64,000 nucleotides of DNA from Candidatus Chisholmbacteria bacterium RIFCSPHIGHO2_01_FULL_52_32 (GTDB taxonomy: Bacteria > Patescibacteriota > Microgenomatia > UBA1400 > Chisholmbacteraceae), in assembly GCA_001816585.1 (NCBI GenBank), contig MHCJ01000003.1, forward strand, positions 11,013 through 75,012, read 5' to 3'. The position numbers and the translations under genes are program-made. Under the pieces are notes generated by a model that saw nothing but the letters and a program-made list of their open reading frames with translations, did no database searches and was not told the DNA's origin. Within the stretch, counting starts at the first letter, position 1. Every line of letters starts with the position of its first letter. Shown here in pieces: positions 8,898-18,451 of the stretch.

Positions 8898-11513
8898 ATG
8901 GAGATATACGATCATCGAAAGATAGAACGTCGCTGGCAGAAGATGTGGAAAGAAGCGAGGATCTATCAGCCTGATCTTCGCAAGGCAAAGAAACCGTTCT
9001 ACAACCTGATGATGTTTCCGTATCTCTCGGCAGAAGGACTGCATGTCGGGAATATGTATGCCTTTACGGGGGCGGATATCTATGGGCGATTTAAGCGGAT
9101 GCAAGGCTATGATGTGTTCGAACCCATCGGGTTGGACGGGTTTGGGATCCACTCGGAAAATTATGCAATGAAGATCGGGAAGCATCCGGCGGAGCAGGCG
9201 AAGCTGTCTCAGAAGCGGTTCTACGCGCAACTCCATGACATCGGTAACAGTTTTTCTTGGGAGAATACCCTTGAGACTTTTGATCCTGTCTATTATCGGT
9301 GGACACAGTGGCTGTTTGTGCAGATGTTTAAACACGGACTCGCGGTGCGTAAAAAGGCGATGGTGAATTGGTGCCCTTCATGCAAGACCGTTTTGGCGGA
9401 TGAGCAGGTGGAGGGAGGGGTGTGTGAGCGGTGCGGGACACCCGTTGAGCGCCGAGAGATGGCGCAGTGGTTTTTCCGGATTACCGACTTTGCAGAGCGG
9501 TTACTTGGGAACCTTGAAACGCTCAATTGGCCGGAGAAGATCAAAATCGCACAGAGGAACTGGATTGGCAGGAGGGATGGCGCAGAGGTTGGATGGGTGG
9601 TCGATGGCACCAGAGAGGTTCTTTGGACCTTCACAACGCGTCTGGACACGATTTTTGGGGCGACGTTCCTTGTTATAGCTCCTGAGCATCCCACAGTAGC
9701 GGATCTGATGAGTTCAAAGTTTAAAGTGAAAAGTGAAAAGTTAGAAAATGTAAGAGTCTACGTCGAGGCGGCGCTCAAGAAAACGGAGCAGAAGCGGAAG
9801 ACGACAGAAAAAGAGAAGACGGGCGTTGATACCGGTTTGAGGGTGATCCATCCTCTGACCGGCGGGAAAATTCCAGTCTGGATTGCCGATTTTGTGTTGA
9901 TGGATGTGGGAACCGGTGTCGTCATGGGTGTGCCTGGACACGATCAGCGCGACGGGGACTTTGCCCGGAAGCACAATCTCCCGATTATCAAGGTCATCGA
10001 TGTTGGTGGGCGGGAGGTGCAGCAGGCAGCGGTTACGGAATTTGGCAGTTTGGTGACTTCCGGGGAATTTGACGGGCTTTCTTCTTTGGAGGCGATGGAG
10101 AGGATTCTTGAGCGTTTAGCGTCGCAAGGAACGGGAAAAAAGAAAGTTGCGTACCACCTCCGTGACTGGCTGATCTCAAGGCAGCGCTATTGGGGCCCGC
10201 CGATCCCGATGATTTTTTGTGAGCAATGTGCCAAGGAGGGAAGGGCCTTTAAAGGAGACTCCCTGAAAGGTACCCTGAAAGGTATGGCGGGGTGGTGGCC
10301 GGTTCCTGAAGGGGATTTACCGGTTGAACTTCCTTTTGTTTCAGACTACAAGCCGATTGGGGACGGAAGATCTCCTCTTGAGAGGGCGTCGGAATCCTGG
10401 CTCTACACCAAGTGCCCCAGGTGCGGGGGAAGGGCCAAAAGAGAGACGGATGTGTCGGATACCTTCCTGGACAGCTCGTGGTATTTTCTTGCCTACCCAA
10501 ATCTTGGAACGGAGGAGTGGACCCGAAAAAAAATTGCTAAATTGATCAATGGTCAAATTGCTCGTAACAATACAACAATGCAACCATTTAACAATACGGT
10601 AACCCGCCGGTGGTTGCCTGTCGATGCGTATATCGGTGGCGCGGAGCATGCGGTGTTACACCTTTTGTACAGCAGGTTCGTGACGATGGCGCTTCATGAC
10701 TGGGGTTACCTTTCCTTTGAAGAGCCTTTCCCGTTTTTGTTCAGCCACGGTTTGATCATCAAGGAAGGGGCGAAGATGAGCAAGAGCCGGGGGAATATCG
10801 TCACGCCCGATGATTATATTCGAAAGTTCGGTTCTGATACATTAAGATCTTATTTGATGTTTATAGGACCATATGATCAAGGAGGAGATTTTCGCGATAC
10901 GGGGACTCTAGGGATGTACCGCTTCCTGATGCGAGTCTGGCGACTCTATCAGGAAAGTTCGAAGTTGGGGGAGAAGACGGATCCGAACCTGGTCGGGCCG
11001 CTGCACCGTATGACCAAGCAGGTGACAGAGGATCTTGAAAAGTTCCGCTTCAATACGGCTCTGGCAAAATTGATGGAGTTTATCAATGCATGGGAGGACG
11101 GGAAAATGCTTTCTTGGGATGACGCAGGGATTTTCTTGAGACTATTGGCTCCGTTTGCGCCGCATATGAGCGAGGAATTGTGGCACAATTTGCCGAAAAA
11201 ACATACCTGCCTCGATTTGAATTGTATTCTTAAAGGGTTGCGGGGAAAGCCATTTTCTCTCTCGAGCATCCATGTGGCTCCTTGGCCGGCGTATGATGTA
11301 ACGCTGGCGGCATTTGGCGATCTCGAAATCGTGGTTGAGGTCAACGGAAGGGTGCGGGGGAAGATTTTGGTTGCGGCCGAGAAGGCGAACGATCGTTCGG
11401 AGACTATTCGTCTGGCTCAAAAGATACCAGGAGTGGCAGCTCATCTCTCGGGAAAACAGATAACAAAGACGATTTGGGTGGAGGGAAAACTGGTGAATTT
11501 CGTTGTCTCGTAG
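8898..11513 (+). CDS. leuS: Leucyl-tRNA synthetase
   Basis: HVGNMYAFTGADIYGRFKRMQGYDV (HIGH region), editing domain, KMSKS motif. SD aaggag lies upstream of the ATG at 8898. Contains an in-frame heptamer tract and a REP-like insert. Confidence 0.92.
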   Translation: MEIYDHRKIERRWQKMWKEARIYQPDLRKAKKPFYNLMMFPYLSAEGLHVGNMYAFTGADIYGRFKRMQGYDVFEPIGLDGFGIHSENYAMKIGKHPAEQAKLSQKRFYAQLHDIGNSFSWENTLETFDPVYYRWTQWLFVQMFKHGLAVRKKAMVNWCPSCKTVLADEQVEGGVCERCGTPVERREMAQWFFRITDFAERLLGNLETLNWPEKIKIAQRNWIGRRDGAEVGWVVDGTREVLWTFTTRLDTIFGATFLVIAPEHPTVADLMSSKFKVKSEKLENVRVYVEAALKKTEQKRKTTEKEKTGVDTGLRVIHPLTGGKIPVWIADFVLMDVGTGVVMGVPGHDQRDGDFARKHNLPIIKVIDVGGREVQQAAVTEFGSLVTSGEFDGLSSLEAMERILERLASQGTGKKKVAYHLRDWLISRQRYWGPPIPMIFCEQCAKEGRAFKGDSLKGTLKGMAGWWPVPEGDLPVELPFVSDYKPIGDGRSPLERASESWLYTKCPRCGGRAKRETDVSDTFLDSSWYFLAYPNLGTEEWTRKKIAKLINGQIARNNTTMQPFNNTVTRRWLPVDAYIGGAEHAVLHLLYSRFVTMALHDWGYLSFEEPFPFLFSHGLIIKEGAKMSKSRGNIVTPDDYIRKFGSDTLRSYLMFIGPYDQGGDFRDTGTLGMYRFLMRVWRLYQESSKLGEKTDPNLVGPLHRMTKQVTEDLEKFRFNTALAKLMEFINAWEDGKMLSWDDAGIFLRLLAPFAPHMSEELWHNLPKKHTCLDLNCILKGLRGKPFSLSSIHVAPWPAYDVTLAAFGDLEIVVEVNGRVRGKILVAAEKANDRSETIRLAQKIPGVAAHLSGKQITKTIWVEGKLVNFVVS

Positions 11514-11551
11514 GCGACCTTATCCGATTTGTTTGATCTTTGCTTGCCTCT

Positions 11552-12181
11552 ATGGACGCAACGTTTGACTTCCGACAGGCTTTCGAGGAGCATAAGGCGC
11601 GGTTTCTGCTGGTTTTCCTTGGCTTGTTCCTCATTGGTGTGGGAGCCCTCTCGCTGGTTGTTTTAACTTTTCAACGATCAGAACCTCAGATTGAGGTGAT
11701 TTCTTCTTCCCGGCCTTCGCCTGCGGAAGGAGGAGAAATTGTTGTCGATGTGGCTGGTGCGGTTGAGAAACCGGGGGTTTACCGGCTGGCTTCCGGGGCT
11801 CGTGTGAACGATGCGTTGCTGGTTGCCGGGGGTATATCCGCCGAGGCAGATCGGGAGTGGTTGACTAAATATATCAATCTTGCTCAAATACTTTCAGACG
11901 GTATTAAAGTGTATATTCCAAGGGTCGGAGAAATTTCCGAGGGAACGGCGCCTGTTTTGGGTAAAACCGATAGTGAAGTCATTGGACTTACGCAGGAGCA
12001 TAAAATCAATCTCAACACGGCTTCGGTTTCAGAACTCGATTCTCTTTGGGGGATCGGAGAGACGCGGGCTCAGACAATTATTGGCAATCGACCGTATTCC
12101 TCCGTTGAGGAGTTGTTGGAGAAACGGATTGTTCCCAGCAATGTCTTTGAGCGGATTAAAGATGAGGTCAGCGTTCAGTAG
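11552..12181 (+). CDS. comEA: Competence protein ComEA (SLBB + helix-hairpin-helix DNA-binding)
   Basis: N-terminal TM anchor, central SLBB-like region, C-terminal tandem HhH (INLNTASVSELDSLWGIGETRAQTIIGNRPYSSVEELL). ATG at 11552; the track starts at TTG 11540. Confidence 0.75.
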   Translation: MDATFDFRQAFEEHKARFLLVFLGLFLIGVGALSLVVLTFQRSEPQIEVISSSRPSPAEGGEIVVDVAGAVEKPGVYRLASGARVNDALLVAGGISAEADREWLTKYINLAQILSDGIKVYIPRVGEISEGTAPVLGKTDSEVIGLTQEHKINLNTASVSELDSLWGIGETRAQTIIGNRPYSSVEELLEKRIVPSNVFERIKDEVSVQ

Positions 12182-12287
12182 GAGTTTTTGGGAAGTTTGT
12201 CGAATATTACATAGCATTTCATACAAAAGCCCAAGAATTTTATTGTTTGCACGGTAAAGCTTTTTCTGTTCTTGTTGCATTATTTTG

Positions 12288-13571
12288 ATGTACTTTAATC
12301 GTTTATTATTGCTATTGATACCTCTTGTACTGGTTTGGGTTTTCCGCGTGTTTTTGATGACTCGGAACGCAGAGCGCTATCCCGATCGATCACCGGTCCG
12401 CGTTCGCGGGAGGGTGTCTTCCCAACCATATCAATATAAATCAAAGCAGATCATGGAGGTGGGGATGATTTTGGTCTATACTACGCCTTTTCCCCAGTAC
12501 TCCTATGGTGATTTCGTGGACTTGTCTGGCAGCCTCAGAAGGGAAGTGACAGGCTTCGGTAAACCAAAAATGAGTCTGATGTATCCAACAATTCGCGTTG
12601 TTGATAAAGAAGAGTTCGGGGGTGGTTTTGGTCTTATCTCCCTGCAGGCTTGGCTGAGCCGCTTGCGGAGTCGGATCCACCAGAATTTCTCAAGTTTTTT
12701 ACCGGAGCCCCAAGCCTCGCTCCTATCCGGAGTCGTGTTGGGCGCTAAAGGACGGATTCCGGATGATTTTCTGACTGCCCTTCGACGGACAGGGACGATC
12801 CATGTGGTGGTGGCCTCGGGGTATAACGTAACCATGGTTGCCGGACTTCTGTCTGCTCTTTTTTTACGGTTTCTTTCGCGTCGTTTGGCGATTCCCTGCG
12901 TGATTGTGGGGATCGCCCTCTACGCGATGCTGGCAGGCGCTGATTCACCCATTATCCGGGCCTCCATCATGGGAAGCTTGGCTTTTATCGCCCAGTATTT
13001 CGGGCGACAGTACTTGGCGGTCTGGGGGCTTGTTGCCGCATCCCTGTTGATGCTTGTGGTTTCCCCTTTCGCGTTGTTTGACGTCGGATTTGAACTTTCG
13101 GTTGCGGCGACGGCCGGAATTTTATTGGTTTCTCCGGCGATCTTGGGTTTACTAGGACGGGTCCGGTGGTTCGGTTATATTGCCGAGGAATTAGCGGTTA
13201 CCCTCGGAGCGCAACTGGCTGTTTTACCGATTCTCCTTATCTACTTCCGTCAAGCGAGTTGGCTTTCGTGGTTGGTCAACCTTTTGACGGTTCCGCTTAT
13301 CCCATTTCTCATGGTTCTTGGAGGTGTGGTGGCTGTCACAAGCTTGGTATGGCAGGAACTTGCCTTTGTGGGCGCTCTTTTATCCTGGGTGCCGTTGACC
13401 GTTTTTGTCAGTGTGGTTTCTTGGTTTGACCGGCTGCCTTTCGGGGTGTTTCAGATTTCTGCCCTCTCGTGGTGGTGGGCCATAGGTTACTATTTGGTGC
13501 TTGGCTATTTGGTTTGGCGTCAGTCTCAAAAAGGGAGGTTGACACGGGAAGACAGGCGTTTCGTCTCTTGA
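12288..13571 (+). CDS. comEC: ComEC/Rec2 DNA internalisation channel, N-terminal and transmembrane part (apparently split from the following ORF)
   Basis: Polytopic competence-domain TM region. Ends at 13571 and overlaps the next ORF, which is in another frame. Confidence 0.7.
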   Translation: MYFNRLLLLLIPLVLVWVFRVFLMTRNAERYPDRSPVRVRGRVSSQPYQYKSKQIMEVGMILVYTTPFPQYSYGDFVDLSGSLRREVTGFGKPKMSLMYPTIRVVDKEEFGGGFGLISLQAWLSRLRSRIHQNFSSFLPEPQASLLSGVVLGAKGRIPDDFLTALRRTGTIHVVVASGYNVTMVAGLLSALFLRFLSRRLAIPCVIVGIALYAMLAGADSPIIRASIMGSLAFIAQYFGRQYLAVWGLVAASLLMLVVSPFALFDVGFELSVAATAGILLVSPAILGLLGRVRWFGYIAEELAVTLGAQLAVLPILLIYFRQASWLSWLVNLLTVPLIPFLMVLGGVVAVTSLVWQELAFVGALLSWVPLTVFVSVVSWFDRLPFGVFQISALSWWWAIGYYLVLGYLVWRQSQKGRLTREDRRFVS

Positions 13572-14440
13572 GTTTGGGGTTTCTGATCGGTGTCGGACTC
13601 GTCCTTGGCGTTGGCGCTTCTCTTCCTGACGGGCGGCTGCATATGGTGGTTTGCGATGTCGGTCAGGGCGACGCTATTCTTCTGACTTTCCGATCGAGAC
13701 AGATTCTCGTGGATGGGGGGCCGGATGACCGGGTGGTTGATTGTCTGTCACGGCATATGCCGTTTTGGGACCGGGCGCTTGAAGTAATCGTCCTGACGCA
13801 CCCCCAGGCGGATCATATGAATGGCCTGGTGGATGTGTTGAGGCGATACGATGTTTCGGAAGTGTTCTTGACCGGTGCAACCAATACAACGGATGGTTTT
13901 ATGGCTTTCAAAGCGGCAGTTTTGCAGGAGGGGGCAAGCTTGCACTTTGCCCGAAGGGGAGATGAAATCCGGCTTGAACCCCTGGCCCTGACAGTGGTAT
14001 GGCCGAAAGCGGCGATCGGAACTCTTGCTTCTTTTAGGAAGGAAGCAATTGACGCAGCGGTCCTCGGTGAAACAACCGCAACGGACGTGAATGAGACATC
14101 GGTCGTTCTTCTGGCACAGTTTGGGACGTTTCGGGCTCTGATGACTGGTGATATCGGGATTGATACCGAGCAAGCACTACTCCGTTCGGGAGCGCTAAAT
14201 CGCGTGGACGTCCTAAAAGTTGCGCACCACGGGTCTAAATACGCTACTTCTTCGGATTTTCTTAGTGTCATTCGACCTCAATTGGCTTTGATTTCGGCCG
14301 GAAAGAAGAACCGTTACGGACATCCGACTAGTGATACTTTGATGCGGTTAGATAGTGTTGGGGCAGAAATTCTACGGACCGATGAGCGAGGAGATATTGA
14401 AATCATGTCGAATGGAGAGGATTATTGGGTTTTGGAGTGA
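13469..14440 (+). CDS. comEC: ComEC C-terminal part: TM helix plus metallo-beta-lactamase domain (frameshifted continuation)
   Basis: HMVVCDVGQGDAILL, VLTHPQADHMNGL, VAHHGS match the ComEC MBL nuclease-like domain. It is in a different frame and overlaps the previous ORF by about 100 bp. The junction is somewhere in 13470-13570. Confidence 0.7.
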   Translation: MVVGHRLLFGAWLFGLASVSKREVDTGRQAFRLLSLGFLIGVGLVLGVGASLPDGRLHMVVCDVGQGDAILLTFRSRQILVDGGPDDRVVDCLSRHMPFWDRALEVIVLTHPQADHMNGLVDVLRRYDVSEVFLTGATNTTDGFMAFKAAVLQEGASLHFARRGDEIRLEPLALTVVWPKAAIGTLASFRKEAIDAAVLGETTATDVNETSVVLLAQFGTFRALMTGDIGIDTEQALLRSGALNRVDVLKVAHHGSKYATSSDFLSVIRPQLALISAGKKNRYGHPTSDTLMRLDSVGAEILRTDERGDIEIMSNGEDYWVLE

Positions 14441-14610
14441 CCCGCCTATGTTCCAGATATTTCGTCTTGATCATTAGTCAAGACTCCATTCTGGGCACGA
14501 TTGCGGGCTAGTGGTGAGCGATACTGGGTAGTAAAGTAGCGTAAATATTTGCGACTGTATTTGAAGATTCATAGGCGGTTCCCGTTCTCTTAACCTGATA
14601 TACTGGGCAT

Positions 14611-16524
14611 ATGCTTGCAGAGGAGATCAAGGTTCAGGTTCAAAAGGCGCTCAAAGAGTTGGATTTTCCGGAGGTGCCGATTGTTATTGAGCATCCTAGT
14701 TCGGCAGAGCATGGGGACTATAGCTCGAATGTTGCGTTGCAACTTTTCGCTAAATCCGAAGCACGAAGCACGAAGCACGAAAAAACATCACAGCTCGCTA
14801 AGTATAAAACTCCTAGGGAAATCGCAAAGGCGATTGCTGACTATTTCGGATTTCGGATTTCGGATTTCGGATTTCTTCATAAAGTGGAGTTAGCGGGGCC
14901 GGGGTTTATCAATTTTTGGCTTTCCGAGCAGTTTTTGTCAGACACGCTTAAGCAGGCAATACATCTGGGAGACAGGTATGGGCAGAACGAAGCACTCAAA
15001 GGGAAAAAGATCATGGTGGAGTTTACCGATCCCAACCCGTTTAAAGAGTTTCACATTGGGCACCTGTACAGCAATGCGGTGGGGGAATCTTTGTCGCGAC
15101 TCTTGGATGCAAGTGGCGCCCAAGTAAAACGTGCGAACTACCAAGGAGATGTGGGGTTGCATGTCGCCAAGGCCCTTTATGGGCTCTTGGCGAAGTTAAA
15201 AGTTAAAAGTGAAAAGTTAAAAGTTAATGAGGAGAAGCTTAAGGAGCTTGAGAAGAAACAACTCGCAGAGCGGATCCGAATATTGGGTGAGGCGTATGCG
15301 GTGGGAGCTAAAGCCTATGAAGCGGATGAGAAAGCAAAAGCCCAGATCGAGGAGCTCAACCGAAAGATTTACGCACAGGAGCCGGATGTGATGGAGATAT
15401 ATGGGAAGGGCCGGGCCTGGAGTTTGGAGTACTTTGAGACGATTTACCGGCGGCTCGGAACCAAGTTTGATTTCTACTACTTCGAGTCGGAGGCGGGAAA
15501 AATCGGGCTTGAAGTGGTGAAGGGGGGCTTACGGAAAGGTGTTTTCGAAGAAAGCCAAGGGGCAATCGTTTTCTCCGGAGAAAAACACGGATTACATACG
15601 CGGGTCTTTGTCAACTCACAGGGTTTGCCAACCTATGAGGCAAAAGACTTGGGATTGGCGCCGACGAAATACAAGGATTTTCCCTATGACAAGTCCATCA
15701 TCATTACGGGTAATGAAGTTGATGCGTATTTCAGGGTGGTTTTGAAAGCACTGGCGCTTCTTTCCCCCGAGCTTGGGGAAAAGACGCAACATCTTTCCCA
15801 TGGGATGGTGCGGTTGCCAACAGGAAAGATGTCGAGCCGGACAGGTGAAGTGCTCACCGGCGAATGGCTCATCGATGAGGCGAAAAAGAGGATCTTGAGG
15901 ATAATGGAGCAGGGACCCTCCTTCGCAACTGCGACTTCGCGCAGACTGCCTGTTCGGCCGTTTCGCGAATCGGTTGCTTTGGAGGGTGATAAGCGCGATG
16001 GGGAAATTGTATCGCGCTTGTCAAAAGATGAGGTGGCGGAGATGGTTGGCATCGGGGCGGTCAAATATGCATTGCTTCGAGGGAGTATCGGACGGGATAT
16101 CATTTTTGACATTGATGAATCGGTGAACTTGGAAGGGAACAGCGGGCCGTACCTCCAATACACTTTTGCAAGATGCAAAAGTGTATTGGCAAAATCCGAA
16201 GCACGAAGCACGAAGCACGAAGCAGTTTCGAATTTCGATATTCGAGCTTCGAATTTGAATGCTGAGGATCTCAGCATTCTGCGTTGGTTGTATCGGTATC
16301 CGGAGGTGGTGGAGCAGGCAGTGAAGGGGTATGCACCATACTTGGTGTGTGCTTACCTCTATGGATTGGCGCAGCGATACAATGCCTTTTACAACAAACA
16401 CAGGATTGTTCAGACTAAGAAGGAAGAGGAGAGAAGGTTTCGTCTGATGATGACCAGTGCAATCGCCCAAATTCTTGAGAACGGACTTAAGCTCCTTGGT
16501 ATTGCAGCTCCGGAAACCATGTGA
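14611..16524 (+). CDS. argS: Arginyl-tRNA synthetase
   Basis: N-terminal Arg-tRNA-binding domain, HIGH-like FHIGHLYSNAVGESL, class I catalytic core, C-terminal DALR anticodon-binding domain. Four in-frame heptamer-repeat inserts. Confidence 0.92.
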   Translation: MLAEEIKVQVQKALKELDFPEVPIVIEHPSSAEHGDYSSNVALQLFAKSEARSTKHEKTSQLAKYKTPREIAKAIADYFGFRISDFGFLHKVELAGPGFINFWLSEQFLSDTLKQAIHLGDRYGQNEALKGKKIMVEFTDPNPFKEFHIGHLYSNAVGESLSRLLDASGAQVKRANYQGDVGLHVAKALYGLLAKLKVKSEKLKVNEEKLKELEKKQLAERIRILGEAYAVGAKAYEADEKAKAQIEELNRKIYAQEPDVMEIYGKGRAWSLEYFETIYRRLGTKFDFYYFESEAGKIGLEVVKGGLRKGVFEESQGAIVFSGEKHGLHTRVFVNSQGLPTYEAKDLGLAPTKYKDFPYDKSIIITGNEVDAYFRVVLKALALLSPELGEKTQHLSHGMVRLPTGKMSSRTGEVLTGEWLIDEAKKRILRIMEQGPSFATATSRRLPVRPFRESVALEGDKRDGEIVSRLSKDEVAEMVGIGAVKYALLRGSIGRDIIFDIDESVNLEGNSGPYLQYTFARCKSVLAKSEARSTKHEAVSNFDIRASNLNAEDLSILRWLYRYPEVVEQAVKGYAPYLVCAYLYGLAQRYNAFYNKHRIVQTKKEEERRFRLMMTSAIAQILENGLKLLGIAAPETM

Positions 16525-16695
16525 GGTTCTTTCTCTCTTTCCAGAATGCCCGTTGTCGGTATAATACGAATCATTCTATGCCAGAGTATCTTCGTGCTGG
16601 ATATGATCTGCAGAGGGGACTGACTCAAGAGCAGGTTGACTAACGGTCTCATTTCCCCTATAATAATTGGTTATAATACTTGATAGTCAGATACT

Positions 16696-17376
16696 ATGAC
16701 TGGTGAACGGCTGATTCCTGGGCTTAACGGCCAAGCGCAACTTTTACCGCAAGAAAGCGATACTTTCCTGGTGCCTGAGTTCAATACGATTGCTGAACGG
16801 TTATTGCCTTCGGAGAGTTCTGTTTTTACCTACCTTGCCCAGCGTTTTGAAGAGACCGTTGCATCAGCAGAGCTCTATCAATCGGGAATGGGATACTTTC
16901 TGATAGGAGACTGGCAGAATCATCTTCAGCAGAGTATCTTTCGGATTCGTCGTGTCCTTCCTGAAAAATTTTCCGTCTATGGACTTCATGGATTTGCTCG
17001 TTATTCCCTTGACTGGCGACGGGCGGATGGGAGCCGGTTTGTCCCAAAGGATTGGTCTCTCAGGGCGGAGGAGTTTCCGGAACCGGTACAACCGCTGATG
17101 CGTTTTTGTTACGAGGCTCGAGTCGATGATGATCGGCGACTGGCTCCGCGCTTAACGGGAATTCAACTCGGGATTATGGAAACGCTGGGAAGAGCTTATC
17201 CTAATGCCGTTGGCAACAGTGAACTTTTCCATATGGCATGGAATCATGACCCCGTTATCGTTGAATCTGAGAACGCATTACGAACACAGATTCACTACGT
17301 TCGAGGGAAAATTGGAGACTTTGACCAGGGAAGATTTGAAATCGTTTCAAGGCCAGGACAATATGCACTTGTCTGA
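16696..17376 (+). CDS. Hypothetical protein with OmpR/PhoB-type winged-helix DNA-binding C-terminus
   Basis: The C-terminal NSELFHMAWNHDPVIVESENALRTQIHYVRGKI resembles the trans_reg_C consensus (..VWG.. ..V.VHI.RLR.KL). A sigma70-like promoter TTGACT-17-TATAAT lies at about 16636-16664. Confidence 0.45.
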   Translation: MTGERLIPGLNGQAQLLPQESDTFLVPEFNTIAERLLPSESSVFTYLAQRFEETVASAELYQSGMGYFLIGDWQNHLQQSIFRIRRVLPEKFSVYGLHGFARYSLDWRRADGSRFVPKDWSLRAEEFPEPVQPLMRFCYEARVDDDRRLAPRLTGIQLGIMETLGRAYPNAVGNSELFHMAWNHDPVIVESENALRTQIHYVRGKIGDFDQGRFEIVSRPGQYALV

Positions 17377-17525
17377 GAGGAATGACCGCTACCTCTGTGG
17401 GGGTGTGTTACCGTCATAGCATGGATGAGCAGGATGGTTTTGTCTTTCTCTATGCAATGGGCCTTTGTTTTTAATACCTTGTTTGACACGGGTGGAAGGT
17501 TCGTTTATTATAAAAATTGAGTCGT

Positions 17526-18395
17526 ATGGGTACTTTATCTTCAAAGGCCGCTGTTTTTCTGTTTTCCCTTTTCGTGATTTTGACCGTTACAATCGCCATG
17601 CGGCGAAGTCAAACAACGGGAGCGAAGGCAGACGGCGTCCAGTACGAGGCGATCGTTGAACCAGACATTGCCTACGGTTCGCAAACAAAACAGCGTCTTG
17701 ATCTGTGTCGGCCCAAGAATGCGATCGGAAAGCATGGGGGTGTGATGATCATTCACGGCGGCGGCGGGGATAAATCACAGCACCGTGACCAGTGTAAGTC
17801 GTTTGCCGAGCGGGGGTTGGTGGCGATTGCCGTGAATTACCGCGAAGACCCTCCACCGACATGGAAGGTGATTTTAGGTGATAATGCCATGGCTATGGAT
17901 TGGTTATTGGCGCGGCCTGATGTCGATACCAATCGGATCGGCGCAATGGGTGCCAGCCTGGGAGGGTATGTGGCATCGTATTTTGGAACCTATGATGATC
18001 CGCGGAAGGTCGATTGTACGGAAAACAACTTCGGGCCGATGGACTTTACCGATACCAACTTTGAGGGCAGTCCGCTCTACGATGAGGCGGTTTCCAAGTT
18101 CTTCGGCGGGGTGACCTATGATGAGAATCCGCAGCTTTATGTCCGCTTATCTCCTATTTCCCATGTCACAGCGGATGATGCTCCCAAGTGGTTGTTCACC
18201 CGCAGCACGAATGATCATTTGGTGCCGCGGAGTCAATTTGAACGGATGATCGCAGCACTGAATGGTGTGGGTATTCAGACAGAATTATATGAGTACAACG
18301 GGAGCGGTGGTGGACATGCCAACAAGCTGCCGCCGCTTGAGGCTCTCAAGCTCTATCGAAAACGTATTAACTTCATGGAAACCTGTCTTCGGTAG
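17526..18395 (+). CDS. Secreted alpha/beta-hydrolase (esterase/lipase-like)
   Basis: N-terminal signal anchor, HGGGG oxyanion motif, nucleophile elbow GASLGG, C-terminal His. The -35 TTGACA and -10 TATTAT lie upstream. Confidence 0.7.
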   Translation: MGTLSSKAAVFLFSLFVILTVTIAMRRSQTTGAKADGVQYEAIVEPDIAYGSQTKQRLDLCRPKNAIGKHGGVMIIHGGGGDKSQHRDQCKSFAERGLVAIAVNYREDPPPTWKVILGDNAMAMDWLLARPDVDTNRIGAMGASLGGYVASYFGTYDDPRKVDCTENNFGPMDFTDTNFEGSPLYDEAVSKFFGGVTYDENPQLYVRLSPISHVTADDAPKWLFTRSTNDHLVPRSQFERMIAALNGVGIQTELYEYNGSGGGHANKLPPLEALKLYRKRINFMETCLR

Positions 18396-18451
18396 CGCAA
18401 ACCCCGCGCCTTTCAAGTATCACGGTTTTGCGGCCGTGTTACAATTGCGGC

